From Chiloscyllium plagiosum (lineage: Eukaryota): a stretch of DNA of 40,213 nucleotides. Positions 1 through 11,284 of this stretch are shown here, in pieces. The stretch's first letter is position 1. Each line of letters opens with the position of its first letter. Both the position numbers and the translations under genes were made by a program. The stretch covers positions 31,991,339 to 32,031,551 of the forward strand of contig NC_057720.1 of assembly GCF_004010195.1 (NCBI RefSeq). The letters run 5' to 3'. The notes below the pieces were generated by a model. The model had not been told where the DNA came from, made no database searches, and was given only the letters and a program-made list of their open reading frames with translations.

Positions 1-660
1 TTCTAAATGCCCTGCTAGGATCTCCTAATGATCAATTCTACCATCTTCCCAAGGTAATGTGTCAACCTGTGGGCGGCATGGTGGCACAGTGGTTAGCACT
101 GCTGCCTCACAGCCCCTGAGACCTAGGTTCAATTCCTGCCTCAGGTGACTGTGTGGTGTTTGCATGTTCTCCCCGTGTCTGTGTGGGTTTCCTCGGGGTG
201 CTCTGGTTTCCTCCCACATTCCAAAGATGTGCAGGTCAGGTGAATTGGCCATGCTAAATTGCCCATAGTGTGAGGTAAGGGGTAAATATAGGGGTATGGG
301 TGGGTTGCACTTCGGCAGGTCGGTGTGGACTTGTTGGGCCGAAGGGCCTGTTTCCACGCTGCAATCTAATCTAATCTAACTGGCTTAATAATGACCTCTT
401 TACTGCTTCTCACCCTTTTTAATTAAGCAGGCTATATTTGCTATCTTCTAGTCTGTTAAAATCTTGCAAATATTGGTAAGTTAACAACAATGCATCATGA
501 GGCTCATTTAAGCCCCTCAGTTGAAATCCTTCAGGACCCAAGGACTTGGTAGCCCTGCATCTATCAGTTTGCTGAGTACCGCTTCTTTGGTGGTTGTAAT
601 TTCACCAGCTTCCTTCCTCCTGTCCACTTCCAGATTTACAGCTATTACTGGGAAACTGTT
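1..660 (-). mobile_element. Degraded CR1 LINE ORF2 fragment, interrupted by a SINE at 71-379
   Basis: Minus strand of ~380-460 resembles the CR1 'DWKIANVTPLFKKG...NYRPVSL' region; heavily decayed, boundaries approximate. Confidence 0.55.
71..379 (+). mobile_element. HE1-type (V-SINE) tRNA-derived SINE, full length
   Basis: Head GGGCGGCATGGTGGCACAGTGGTTAGCAC (A box) and GGTTCAATTCC (B box); core GTGTGGGTTTCCTCGGGGTGCTCTGGTTTCCTCCCAC; CR1-like 3' end GGGCCGAAGGGCCTGTTTCC and (AATCT)n tail. Confidence 0.92.
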
Positions 661-924
661 TTGTCTCACTCTGGAATAGTGCTCATCTTAGTACAATGAC
701 TTCAAGAGATTTATGATTTCCAATAGATCCTAAAGGTAGCCTCCTGGACAGCTCATCTGTTGGCATATAGGAACTTTAGGAGCTGACAACATTGTTCTGT
801 TTATTTGGTGCTAATGGGGATACCAGAGCGGGAAATTTAGACAACATAGTAATGAAGACTGGGAAGTTAGATCAGTCTTTATAGCAGCACAATCATTAAT
901 TGAAGGTGTTCTGTTTTGGCAAAG

Positions 925-1003
925 GAAATGCAGGAAACTTAAAATAAAAATAGAAAATGCTGCAAATGCTCAGTGGATCAGCCTGTGTAGAGAAACAGAT
1001 ATT
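925..1003. repeat. Degraded Penelope-like terminal repeat fragment
   Basis: AAAATAGAAAATGCTGCAAATGCTCAG...TGTGTAGAGAAACAG resembles the arms at 18087-18194 and 30011-30138. Confidence 0.45.
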
Positions 1004-1109
1004 GACGGGGATTTTCACACCTGGACCAGGATTACAGAATTAGGACATTTCCCAGCTCCAAAAACATGACCGGGAAAAAGAGATCTTCAATTCTGGATTT
1101 TCATTCCAT

Positions 1110-2260
1110 GGTCATGGTAAACTATCCCTGCTATCCTTCTTGACCTATCTGCAGCCTTTGATATGTTTAGTCTCACCCTTTTCATTGAACATCTATATTA
1201 TTATCAACATTGCTGTTAAATGTGGTGCAAATCTATTCTCTGGTTCCATTCTTATCTATCCTGTCATAGACAGAATTAACTCATAACAGCTTTTTCTAAT
1301 GCTTCCTTAACACAATCGCTGATGTCCCACAAGGATCTATCCTTGGCTTGTTCCTATTTCTCATCTATAAACTGTCCTTTAGCACTATCATTCAAAAATA
1401 CTGTGACAGTTCCAGCATGTACTCGGATGATGCCTCCTCTCTGTGCTGTCCTCCAGTTCTACAACTCTGTGAAAGATTGATGCTTCTCCAGTTCTAGCCT
1501 CTTGAGCATCTCTGATTTTAATCGCTCCGCAGTGAAGGCTATGCATTCAACTGTCAGAGCCCTAAGCTTGGAATTCTCTCCCCAACCCTTGTCATCTGTC
1601 TACCAATATATTCTGTAATTTGTTTTGCAGTATGTGAGCAGTTTATTTAATGAAACTGATTCTTCAAGTTTTAATACGTGACTCCACACATGCAGTAACC
1701 TAAAAGGACTGATTTGTGTGTAGCCTGTGCAAGGATCTTTGGGCTGATACATAGCCTACTGTTGATTAGATTCGATTCCCTCCAATGTGGAAACAGGCCC
1801 TTCAGTCCAAACCGATCCTCTGAAGAGTGACCCACCCAGACCCATTTCCCTCTGACCAATGCAGTAAACACTATGGGCAATTTAGCATAGCCAATTCACC
1901 TGACCCATACATCTTTGGACTGTGGGAGGAAACTGGAGCACCTGGAGGAAACCCACATAGACACGGGGAGAATGTGCAAACTCCACACAGTCACCTGAGG
2001 CTAGAATTGAACCTGGGACCCTGGTGCTGTGAGGCAGCAGTGCTAACCACTGAGCCACTGTGCTGTTGAGAGAGAGCATTATTTGCTATTCCTCTTTCTT
2101 TCTCTAATAGGCTTCTTAAAATCTATTTCTTTGACTAAGCTTTAGATCATCTGCCCTGATATCTCCTTATGTGGCTCAGTGTCAAATTTTATTTCCTAGT
2201 GCTCCTATGAGGTGTGCTAAAAATGGTTCATAAAATCTGGTATTGCCACTGAGTTGCACA
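1110..2260 (+). mobile_element. L2-clade LINE fragment (RT to 3' end), internally deleted and interrupted by a SINE
   Basis: Translates to ILLDLSAAFD (~1133-1162), DVPQGSILG (1321-1347), MYSDD (~1417-1431); 3'-end-like sequence at ~1490-1585 and ~2112-2220. DLSAAFD is typical of L2 RTs. Confidence 0.75.
1766..2062 (-). mobile_element. HE1-type SINE
   Basis: Reverse-complement homolog of 71-379; flanked by CTGTTGA at 1759-1765 and 2063-2069 (candidate TSD, partly overlapping the SINE head). Confidence 0.92.
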
Positions 2261-3351
2261 TAAATCAGATAAAATAGTATTTTCTGCTTTAAAAATGCAC
2301 AATTTATCTTCTTGTTGCTTATTAAGTTGATGGAAAACTTTAGTGAGAAATAAAAGTGTTTTCCATGATCTGTACTAGTGTCAGCAGTTCTGCAGCTGGT
2401 TGGGAAAGTAAAGTTTCTGTAACTCTCTATTAATGGTACATAGATTCTGTGGGTATTCTCCCTGTTTCTATTGTTCATTCACCCCCAATGTGTTTAAGCT
2501 CTAGATTCAGAAGACCAAACATCTTTTGCAGCATTTCCATTTTCTGGATAAACCTTCTCAAGCAAATATGACAATTAACTTTGAATTTTGTGCAATAGGC
2601 TTCCATTCACAGCCAAGGAAATCAATAGAAACTTTCTTGTAGTAATACTTGCACAAGGCATTCACTGAGAGATTATATTTGCATCTCATCAACAAGACGA
2701 TGTTCAAATGCCAGCATTCTAAGACACTATCACTTCCTTTTTGGAATCATGCTGAGGATTGTTATCAGTTTGTCGATGTGCACATTTCTTCCTGTTTTCT
2801 CCATCTGTTTCCCTTGGATTTCTTGCCTAATCTTACAAACTGATAATGAAATGGTTCTTTAGATATTCAAACTTGCACATAGCCCTTTATATATATACCA
2901 AACACTTAATTATAATTAAAATGTCAATTCTAAGAAAATGGTTGATTTAGCCCACTGATTAACTCCAGAAAGATGACTTAAACATTGGAATAAACTGATC
3001 ACCTGTCGGAATACTGATATTCTGCAGCTCTATTACAATGCACAGAGCGCTTGTTTCCTTTTCTGAATCAGTCAGCACTTCTCTGCCTCATTCAATAGAC
3101 AGGCTGCATTAACCTGGAGTATATCATTAGTTGCCAGCATCTTGTACAGAGAGCTCAATGAAGTTCCACAGGGAAGAAGCTGCTGACAATGCAGTAGAAT
3201 GATGCATATCAACTTCTTTTGGTGCTACACCACATGTAGATGGTCCTAATTATGAATGTATTATATTCATTTCTTCCATTATATATTGTAGGCTGTATTT
3301 GCACCAAATAAAGTTGTTTGATTTATTTAACAGAAACCTTTCTGATCACAT

Positions 3352-3629
3352 GGCAGCATGGTGACTCAGTGGTGAACACTGCTACCTCACAGTGCCAGGG
3401 ACCTGGGTTCAATTCCACCCACAGCTGACTGACTGTATGGATTTGCATATTCTCCCTGCGTGTCGTGTGGGTTTCCTCCCACAGTCCAAAGATGTGCGCG
3501 CTAGGTGGGTTAGCTATGATAAATAGGGTAGGGGAGGTGGGTCTGAGTGGGATGCTCATTGAAGGATCAGTATTGACTCAATGGGTCAAATGGCCTGCTT
3601 TCACACCGTAGGTATACTATGATTCTATG
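3352..3629 (+). mobile_element. HE1-related SINE, older and internally deleted
   Basis: A box TGACTCAGTGG, B box GGTTCAATTCC, core GTGGGTTTCCTCCCACAGTCCAAAGATGTG, tail CTATGATTCTATG. Confidence 0.85.
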
Positions 3630-3885
3630 TTTTGTATGGTGCCACTAGCAAAGACTTCTATCAATTCCTGAGTGAGGTAACACCATGGATTATGACCCAG
3701 TGTGGTGTTCTTCATTTATATTTTTGAAGTATGATACCTGGCTGTTGCTTTGCCTGATCAAGACATTGATGCCTTGCTATCTGAATGAATTTCTTTCCCT
3801 TTGCTTCCCTAAGCCAAAGATCAGAGACGTTCAAAACAAAAATCGTACGGTGGATGAAAGGAAACTCAAAATTCAGCGTATCTGT

Positions 3886-4355
3886 GGCTCTTTTGGTAGG
3901 CTTCTCACCTCTGAGCCGGGTGTTTGTTGGTTCAAGTCTTTCTCCAGTGTATACAACAACTAATCCAGGCTGACTGTCCAGTATTATACTGAGGGAGTGT
4001 TGCAGTGTCTGTGTTGTCTTTCAGATGAGACATGAAACCAAGGCTCAGCTGCATGGGGATGTAAAAAGTCTCTTGACATTATTTCTAAGAAAAGTTGGGC
4101 ATGGCCTCGGTAACATGTATCCTTCAACCAACTATAAAATGTATCCATTCCTATCCACATTGATGAGTATGGCATCTTATAGTGTACATACTGATTGCAG
4201 CGTTTCCTATTTTATACTGGTAAGGGTACTAGTGTAAATGCTCGCTGTGCAAGAATATTCTACCATGTGCAAAGGACAATGATTATACTTCAACAGTACT
4301 CAAGTGGCTGTACAGTGCTTTCAGCATCCTGAGATCATGAAAGGCATTATCCAGG
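3886..4355 (+). mobile_element. Deu-domain SINE (SacSINE1-like), degraded
   Basis: tRNA-like head (GGTTCAAGTC), then TACTGAGGGAGTGTTGCA...TCTTTCAGATGAGAC...GGATGTAAAA and tail GTGCTTTCAGCATCCTGAGATCATGAAAGGCATTAT, matching my recollection of the SacSINE1/DeuSINE consensus. Confidence 0.7.
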
Positions 4356-5059
4356 TGCATTTATATCCATCTTCTCTCTTTCAATTATTATTTGCAGAAA
4401 GAGGCAATCTCTTTGCTGGCTGCTGTTTAGTCTTGTCAAAAATAGTAATCTCACAGACCATTGTGGCTTATTTTTGTTAAGCTGTTGCAAAATGGTAGGT
4501 TCTGAATATTCTGGATTAAATTCTTCTGCCATCCATAGTATTTTGAAGAGGGAGCATCTCCCTACTTGATTCCAGAAATGTCAAGTATGTATGAGGATAT
4601 CATTGCACACTGATGTTTAAATTTCCATGACAACAAATACTCATCATTGTAAACTGTGAATAGGCAGACAATTTGCTCTAAATGAAGCATGAACTGTGTC
4701 TAGTTCACATTGTATCGAGGAACACTTGATTTTCCCAATGGATGCAAAAATATATAAAATGTTCTTTCAAAAACCAATCACTTTTTCTTTTTAAGACAAA
4801 ACTTACTAAAAAAACTATAGATGCAGCAAACATGGTTACCAGAGGAACGGCGGTTGGTGGTTATCTCTGTTTTCTGACATGTTTTCCTGCAGGCTCTGAC
4901 TCTACAGCTGCTTCCATAGTTCAAGTCAATGTTCATGTATAAACTTGAGCATTATCAGCCTATTTGAACATAGAGAGTCTTTGCAACCAGATTGAAACTG
5001 TCTTCACCTGTTACCTGGCACGGACACACTTTCCAGCACATATAGACTTTGCCATTCAG

Positions 5060-5271
5060 AAATCCAAAAGCAGGCTGGAGATCACAGCGGGTCGGGGAGC
5101 ATCCATAAAGACAGAGCAAGCAAACATTTTGAATCTAGATGACTCTTCCCCAGGGATCTGATGAAGAGTCATCTCAACTTGAAACGTTAGCTTGCTTTCT
5201 CTCCACGGATGCTGCCTGACACGTTGCAATCTCCAGTATTTTTTTGATTTCACTTAAGATTCCAACATCTG
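5060..5271. mobile_element. Fold-back Penelope-like terminal repeat; its last bases resume at 9593-9606
   Basis: 5060-5153 is an imperfect reverse complement of 5158-5250; hammerhead-like core CTGATGAAGAGTC...GAAACGTT at 5158-5188. Confidence 0.75.
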
Positions 5272-6447
5272 GATTGCATCTAAATTGGAAGGGACTAATA
5301 TACTGGCAGGGACATTTGCTACAGCTGCTTGGGACGATTTAAACTCGTAAGATGGGGATGGGGGAGGTGGGACCCAGGGAGATAGTGAGGAAAGATTTCA
5401 ATCTGACACTGGTACAGTTGAGAACAAAGGTGAGTCAAACAGTCAGGGCAGGCAGGGACAAAGCAGAGAACAAGGTAGGACTGATAAATTAAACTGCATT
5501 TATTTCAAAACAAGAGGCCTGACAGGGAAGACAGATGAACTCAGGGCATGATTAGAAACATGGGACTGGAATATCATAGCAATTACAGAAACATGGCTCA
5601 AGGATGGACAGGACTGGCAGCTTAATGTTCCAGGATACAAATGCTACAGGAAGGATAAAAAGGGAGACAAGAGAGGAGGGGGAGTGGTGTTTTTGATAAG
5701 GGATAGCGTTACAGCTGTACTTAGGGAGGATATTCTTGGAAATACATCCAGGGAAGTTATTTGGGTGGAACTGAGAAATAAGAAAGGGATGATCACCTTA
5801 TTGGGATTGTATTATAGACCCACTAATAGTCAGAGGGAAGTTGAGAAACAAATTTGTAAGGAGATCTCAGTTATCTGTAAGAATAATAGGGTGGTTATGG
5901 TAGAGGATTTTAACTTTCCAAACATAGACTGGGACTGCAATAGTGTTAAGGGTTTAGATGGAGAGGAATTTGTTAAAAGTGTATAAGAAAATTTTCTGAT
6001 TCAGTATGTGGATGTTACTAGAGAAGGTGCAAAACTTGACCTACTCTTGGGAAATAAAGGCTACGTAAATGACTGAGGTGTCAGTGGGTGAGCACTTTGG
6101 GGCCAGCAACCATAATTCTCTTAGTTTTAAAATAGTGATGGAAAAGAATAGACCAGATCTAATAGTTGAAGTTCTAAACTGGAGGAAGGCCAATTTTGAT
6201 AGTATTAGGCAAGAACTTTCAAAAACAGATGTTTGCAGGTAAAGGGACGGCTGGAAAATGGGAAGCCTTCAGAAATGAGATAACAAGAATCCAGAGACAG
6301 TATCTTCCTGTTAGGGTGAAAGGAAAGGCTGGTAGGTATAGGGAATGCTGGATGACTAAAGAAATTGAGGGTTTGGTTAAGAAAAAGAAGGAAGCATTTG
6401 TCAGGTATAGACAGGATAGATCGAGTGAATCCTTAGAAGAGTATTAA

Positions 6448-7814
6448 TAGAACATAGAACATAGAACAATACAGCACAGAACAGGCCCTTCGGCCCACGA
6501 TGTTGTGCCGAACATTTGTCCGAGCTTAAGCACCCATCCATGTACCTATCCAATTGCCGCTTAAAGGTCGCCAATGATTCTGACTCTGCCACTCCCACAG
6601 GCAGCGCATTCCATGCCNNNNNNNNNNNNNNNNNNNNNNNNNNNNNNNNNNNNNNNNNNNNNNNNNNNNNNNNNNNNNNNNNNNNNNNNNNNNNNNNNNN
6701 NNNNNNNNNNNNNNNNNNNNNNNNNNNNNNNNNNNNNNNNNNNNNNNNNNNNNNNNNNNNNNNNNNNNNNNNNNNNNNNNNNNNNNNNNNNNNNNNNNNN
6801 NNNNNNNNNNNNNNNNNNNNNNNNNNNNNNNNNNNNNNNNNNNNNNNNNNNNNNNNNNNNNNNNNNNNNNNNNNNNNNNNNNNNNNNNNNNNNNNNNNNN
6901 NNNNNNNNNNNNNNNNNNNNNNNNNNNNNNNNNNNNNNNNNNNNNNNNNNNNNNNNNNNNNNNNNNNNNNNNNNNNNNNNNNNNNNNNNNNNNNNNNNNN
7001 NNNNNNNNNNNNNNNNNNNNNNNNNNNNNNNNNNNNNNNNNNNNNNNNNNNNNNNNNNNNNNNNNNNNNNNNNNNNNNNNNNNNNNNNNNNNNNNNNNNN
7101 NNNNNNNNNNNNNNNNNNNNNNNNNNNNNNNNNNNNNNNNNNNNNNNNNNNNNNNNNNNNNNNNNNNNNNNNNNNNNNNNNNNNNNNNNNNNNNNNNNNN
7201 NNNNNNNNNNNNNNNNNNNNNNNNNNNNNNNNNNNNNNNNNNNNNNNNNNNNNNNNNNNNNNNNNNNNNNNNNNNNNNNNNNNNNNNNNNNNNNNNNNNN
7301 NNNNNNNNNNNNNNNNNNNNNNNNNNNNNNNNNNNNNNNNNNNNNNNNNNNNNNNNNNNNNNNNNNNNNNNNNNNNNNNNNNNNNNNNNNNNNNNNNNNN
7401 NNNNNNNNNNNNNNNNNNNNNNNNNNNNNNNNNNNNNNNNNNNNNNNNNNNNNNNNNNNNNNNNNNNNNNNNNNNNNNNNNNNNNNNNNNNNNNNNNNNC
7501 TTCGTCCGGTTAGCCAGTTTTCTATCCAATTGGCCATATTTCCCTCTATCCCATGCCTCCTGGCTTTCCGCATAAGCCTACCATGGGGAACCTTATCAAA
7601 TGCCTTACTAAAATCCATGTACACTACATCCACTGCTCTACCCTCATCCACATGCTTGGTCACCTCCTCAAAGAATTCAATAAGACTTGTAAGGCAAGAC
7701 CTAGCCTTCACAAATCCGTGCTGCTGTCCCTAATCAAGCAGTGTCTTTCCAGATACTCATAAATCCTATTCCTCAGTACCCTTTCCATTACTTTGCCTAC
7801 CAGCGAAGTAAGAC
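6448..7814 (-). mobile_element. Young 5'-truncated CR1 LINE (HER1-like), with 882-N gap
   Basis: RT peptide [39 protein letters not shown]; (TTCTATG)n tail; TTAA at 6444-6447 and 7815-7818 as candidate TSD; host CR1 resumes on the far side. Confidence 0.93.
6618..7499. other. Assembly gap (882 N)
   Basis: Run of N. Confidence 1.
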
Positions 7815-10668
7815 TTAAGGCAGTAGGAGTATACTTAAGAGTGAAAGCAGGAGGGCAAAAAGGGGACATGAGATAGCTTTGGCAAATAGAGTTAAGGAGA
7901 ATCCAAAGGTTTTTACAAATACATTAAGGACAAAAGGGTAACTAGGGAGAGAACAGGGAAATAGATGCTGACACCTTGAAAAATGTCCATATTACAGAGG
8001 AAGAAGTGCTGAATATCTTGAAATGCATAAAAGTGGATAAATCCCCAGGAACTGGTCAGGTATACCCTCGAACTCTGTGGGAAGCTAGGGATGTCACAGC
8101 TGGGCCTCTTACTGAGATATTTGTATCATCGATAGTCACAGGTGAAGTGCCAGAAGACTGAAGGTTGGCTAACATGTTGCCACTGTTTAAGAAAGGTGGT
8201 AAGGAAATTCCAGGGAACTATGGACCAGTGAGCCTGATGTTGGTGGTGGGCAAGTTGTTGTAGGGAATCCTGATAGACAGAATGTACATGTATTTGGAAA
8301 GGCAAGGACTGATTAGGGATAGTGAACATGGCTTTGTGCATGGGAAATCATGTCTCACAAACTTGATTGAGTTTTTTGAAGAAGTAACAAAGAGGATTGA
8401 TGAGGGCAGAACGATGGACGTGATCTATATGGACTTCAGTAAGACGTTCGACAAGGTTCTCTATGGGAGACTGATTAGCAAGGTTAGATCTCATGGAATA
8501 CAGGGAGAACTAGTCATTTGGATACAGAACTGGCTGAAAGGTAGAAGACAGAGGGTGGTGGTGGAGGGTTGTTTTTCAGACTGGAGGCCTGTGACTGAAG
8601 GAGTGCCACAAGGACCGGTGCTGGGTCCTCTATTTTTTGTCATTTACATAAATGATTTGGATGTGAGCATAAGAGGTATAGTTAGTAAGTTTGCAGATGA
8701 CACCAAAAGTGGACAGTGAAGAAGGTTACCTAGGATTACAACGTGATATTGATCAGATAGGCCAATGGGCTGAGAAATGGCAAATGGATTTAATTCAGAT
8801 AAATGCGAGGTGCTGCATTTTGGGAAAACAAACCTCAGCAGGACTTATACACTTAATGGTAAGGTCCTAGGGAGTGTTGCTGAACAAAGAGACCTTGGAG
8901 TGCAGGTTCATAGCTCCTTGAAAGTGGAGTCGCAGGTAGATAGGATAGTGAAGAAGGCTTTTGTTATGCTTTCCTTTATTGGTCAGAGTATTGAGTACAG
9001 GAGTTGGGAGGTCATGTTACAGCTGTACAGGACATTGGTGAGGCCACTGTTGGAATATTGTGTGCAATTCTGGTTCCTTTGTATTGGGAAGATGTTGTGA
9101 AACTTGAAAGGGTTCAGAAAAGATTTACAAGGATGTTGCCAGGGTTGGAGGATTTGAGCTCTAAGGAGAGGTTGAATAAGCTGGGGCTGTTTTCCCTGGA
9201 GCATTGGAGGCTGAGGGATGACCTTATAGAAGTTTGCAAAATCATGAGGGGCATGGATAGGATAAATGGACAAATGGACAATTTCCCCCTGGGGTGGGGG
9301 AGTCCAGAACTGGACGGCATAGGTTTAGGGTGAGAGGGAAAAGATATAAAATAGTCCAAAGGGACACCTTTTTCTCGCAGAAAGTGGTACGTGTATGGAA
9401 TGAGCTGCCAGAGGAATTGCAACTTTTAAAAGGCATTTAGATGGGTATATGAATAGGAAGGGTTGGGAGGGGTATGGGCTGGGTGCTTGCAGGTGGGACA
9501 GATTGGATTGGGATATCTGGTCGGCGTGGACACGTTGGATCAACAAGTCTGTTTCCATGCTGTACATTTCTATGACTCTATGACTCCATCTGCAGTATTT
9601 TGTTCCTGCGGGCTGAATTATGTCCTTTTACTCTGACACAAGGATACGGAATCCTATGCCCTATCCCTATTGTTACCCATTTAGTATTTCTGAGTAGAAA
9701 GCAGATAAGATATCATACCGTACAAAATCAAATAGAAGTAACCGAGCCAAGTCCAGGGACACAGTTTTGGAATAGTTTTTTTTTAAATAACTGTGCTATG
9801 TCAAATTCTTTGAATTGTTATTTCTTTCTTACATTCAACTGACCATAGGGATACATTTATTATTTCTGTCAGGTCTCAGTTACTGTTTTTCTCACTGCCT
9901 TACATGTTGCGTAACTTTCTGACATGTGCCTGTGAGTTTGTTTTTACTTTACAACTGCATTTTTTGATTCTGGTTTCTTATCATTGCTTGCTTTTACGAA
10001 CCTACTCCACCTCTGCCAGATATTTTGAGCCCTCATCGATCTGTAGATTATTGGATTGCTTCTCTGATATCCAATGGATGTGTAGAAATTTCTTCCAATT
10101 GAATGATGGAGAGAATTAAGTTGTTTACTTTAATCTCCATAACAAATCCCATTTCCTGACTGTCAATTCCATTCATCTCCTGGCAATTGTCTAAGACTGA
10201 ACCAGATTGTTCACAAACTTAATGCGAGATTCTGATCACATATCTGTTCCATCACTTAAGACTGCCTTTTTGATCATCTGTGCATCATCCACTCCATCCT
10301 TACCTCAAGTCATCTGCTGCCAAATTCCTGATCAATTGTTACCTTTAGACTTGACTATTCCAATATTTCCCTGGCTGTTCTTCCACATCCTACTCCCTCT
10401 AAACTTGAGGTCATTTGCTGTTCGTATCCTAGCTCATACCTAGTTCCTTTCAGCCATACACCTGTGTTTACTGACCTGTACTGGCTCTAGGTTTTTAAAT
10501 TGATTTTAAAATTTTTAAATTCAAATTCAATTTAAATCAAAATTCAAATTCCTCCATGGCTTTGTTAATCCCTATCTTGATAATGTCCTTTAGCCTCACA
10601 ACTCTCAAATATAATGAACTATTTTCTAGTTTTGCCTCTCCTAGGCTTTCCTGATTTTATTTGCTCCC

Positions 10669-10906
10669 TGTAGGGATTGTAATGAAGCTAGCCAGGTGGA
10701 CCTCATAGAATATGAGCTCTGTAATTGGAGTGTTAATCTGGTCCAATTAGGGAGCCCTGGCTGACAGGTAAGAAAAACAGGAGCTTCAGAGGTTCTGTTC
10801 AATCTGAGAGGTGACTGTGAGGAAGCTGGATCAGTGTCAAGGGCTCTGCACGTGTAAATAAAGAGTGACCTGATGACAGGATACTGGCCTATGTGGAGTT
10901 ATTTCA
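10669..10906 (+). mobile_element. Solo LTR (238 bp), probably Gypsy-type
   Basis: Starts TG, ends CA, AATAAA at ~10858, exact 5-bp TSD CTCCC at 10664-10668 and 10907-10911. Confidence 0.8.
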
Positions 10907-10931
10907 CTCCCATTTTAATGGCCATGCCTTC

Positions 10932-11284
10932 ATAGAATCTCTACAGTGTGGAAATAGGCTATTCGGCCTAACAGGTCCACAACAACTTTCTGAAAAGCAT
11001 TCCACTCAGTGTCACCCCCCCCCCCCCCCCCCCCTTCAATATTGCTGTAATCCTGCATTTCCCATGGCTAACGCACCGATCCTACACATCTCTGGACACT
11101 ATCAGCAATTTAGGATGGCCAATCCACCTAATTTGCACAGTGGGATGAAACTGGAGCATCTGAAGCAAACCCATGCAGATGTGGGGAGAATGAGCAAACA
11201 CAGACAGTCTCCCAAGGCTGGAATTGAACCTGAGTCCCTGGCAGTGTGAGGCAGCAGTGCTAACCACCAAACCACCATGCCACT
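10932..11284 (-). mobile_element. HE1-related SINE with internal poly-C
   Basis: Reverse complement of the HE1 head and core; CCTTC at 10927-10931 and 11285-11289 as candidate TSD. Confidence 0.88.

Larger units (their letters stand above)
5272..9586 (+). mobile_element. 5'-truncated, decayed CR1 LINE (ORF1 C-terminus, ORF2 APE endonuclease and RT, 3' tail), containing a nested antisense CR1
   Basis: ORF1 esterase-like end GLHLNWKG..TNILAG at 5271; APE motifs GLYYRP, EDFNFPNIDW; RT motifs [28 protein letters not shown]; several stops and frameshifts; (TATGACTC)2 tail; TSD CATCTG at 5266-5271 and 9587-9592. Confidence 0.95.

Noticed and set aside
71..145. tRNA gene
   Set aside because: A and B boxes belong to a SINE head that continues into the core and LINE-like tail.
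25..357. 110-aa ORF (and similar ORFs at 1827-2069, 3323-3559, 10893-11249)
   Set aside because: Antisense translations of HE1-type SINEs, not genes.
6401..7733. Long 322-436 aa ORFs
   Set aside because: Artefacts of translating through the N gap; the same applies to 25979-26824 and 26299-26751.
10490..10552. AT-rich repeated AAATTC/TTTAAA stretch
   Set aside because: Low-complexity slippage inside an L2 fragment.
11015..11034. Poly-C run (and poly-G at ~31582-31599)
   Set aside because: Homopolymers within repeats; no evidence of function and length is unreliable.
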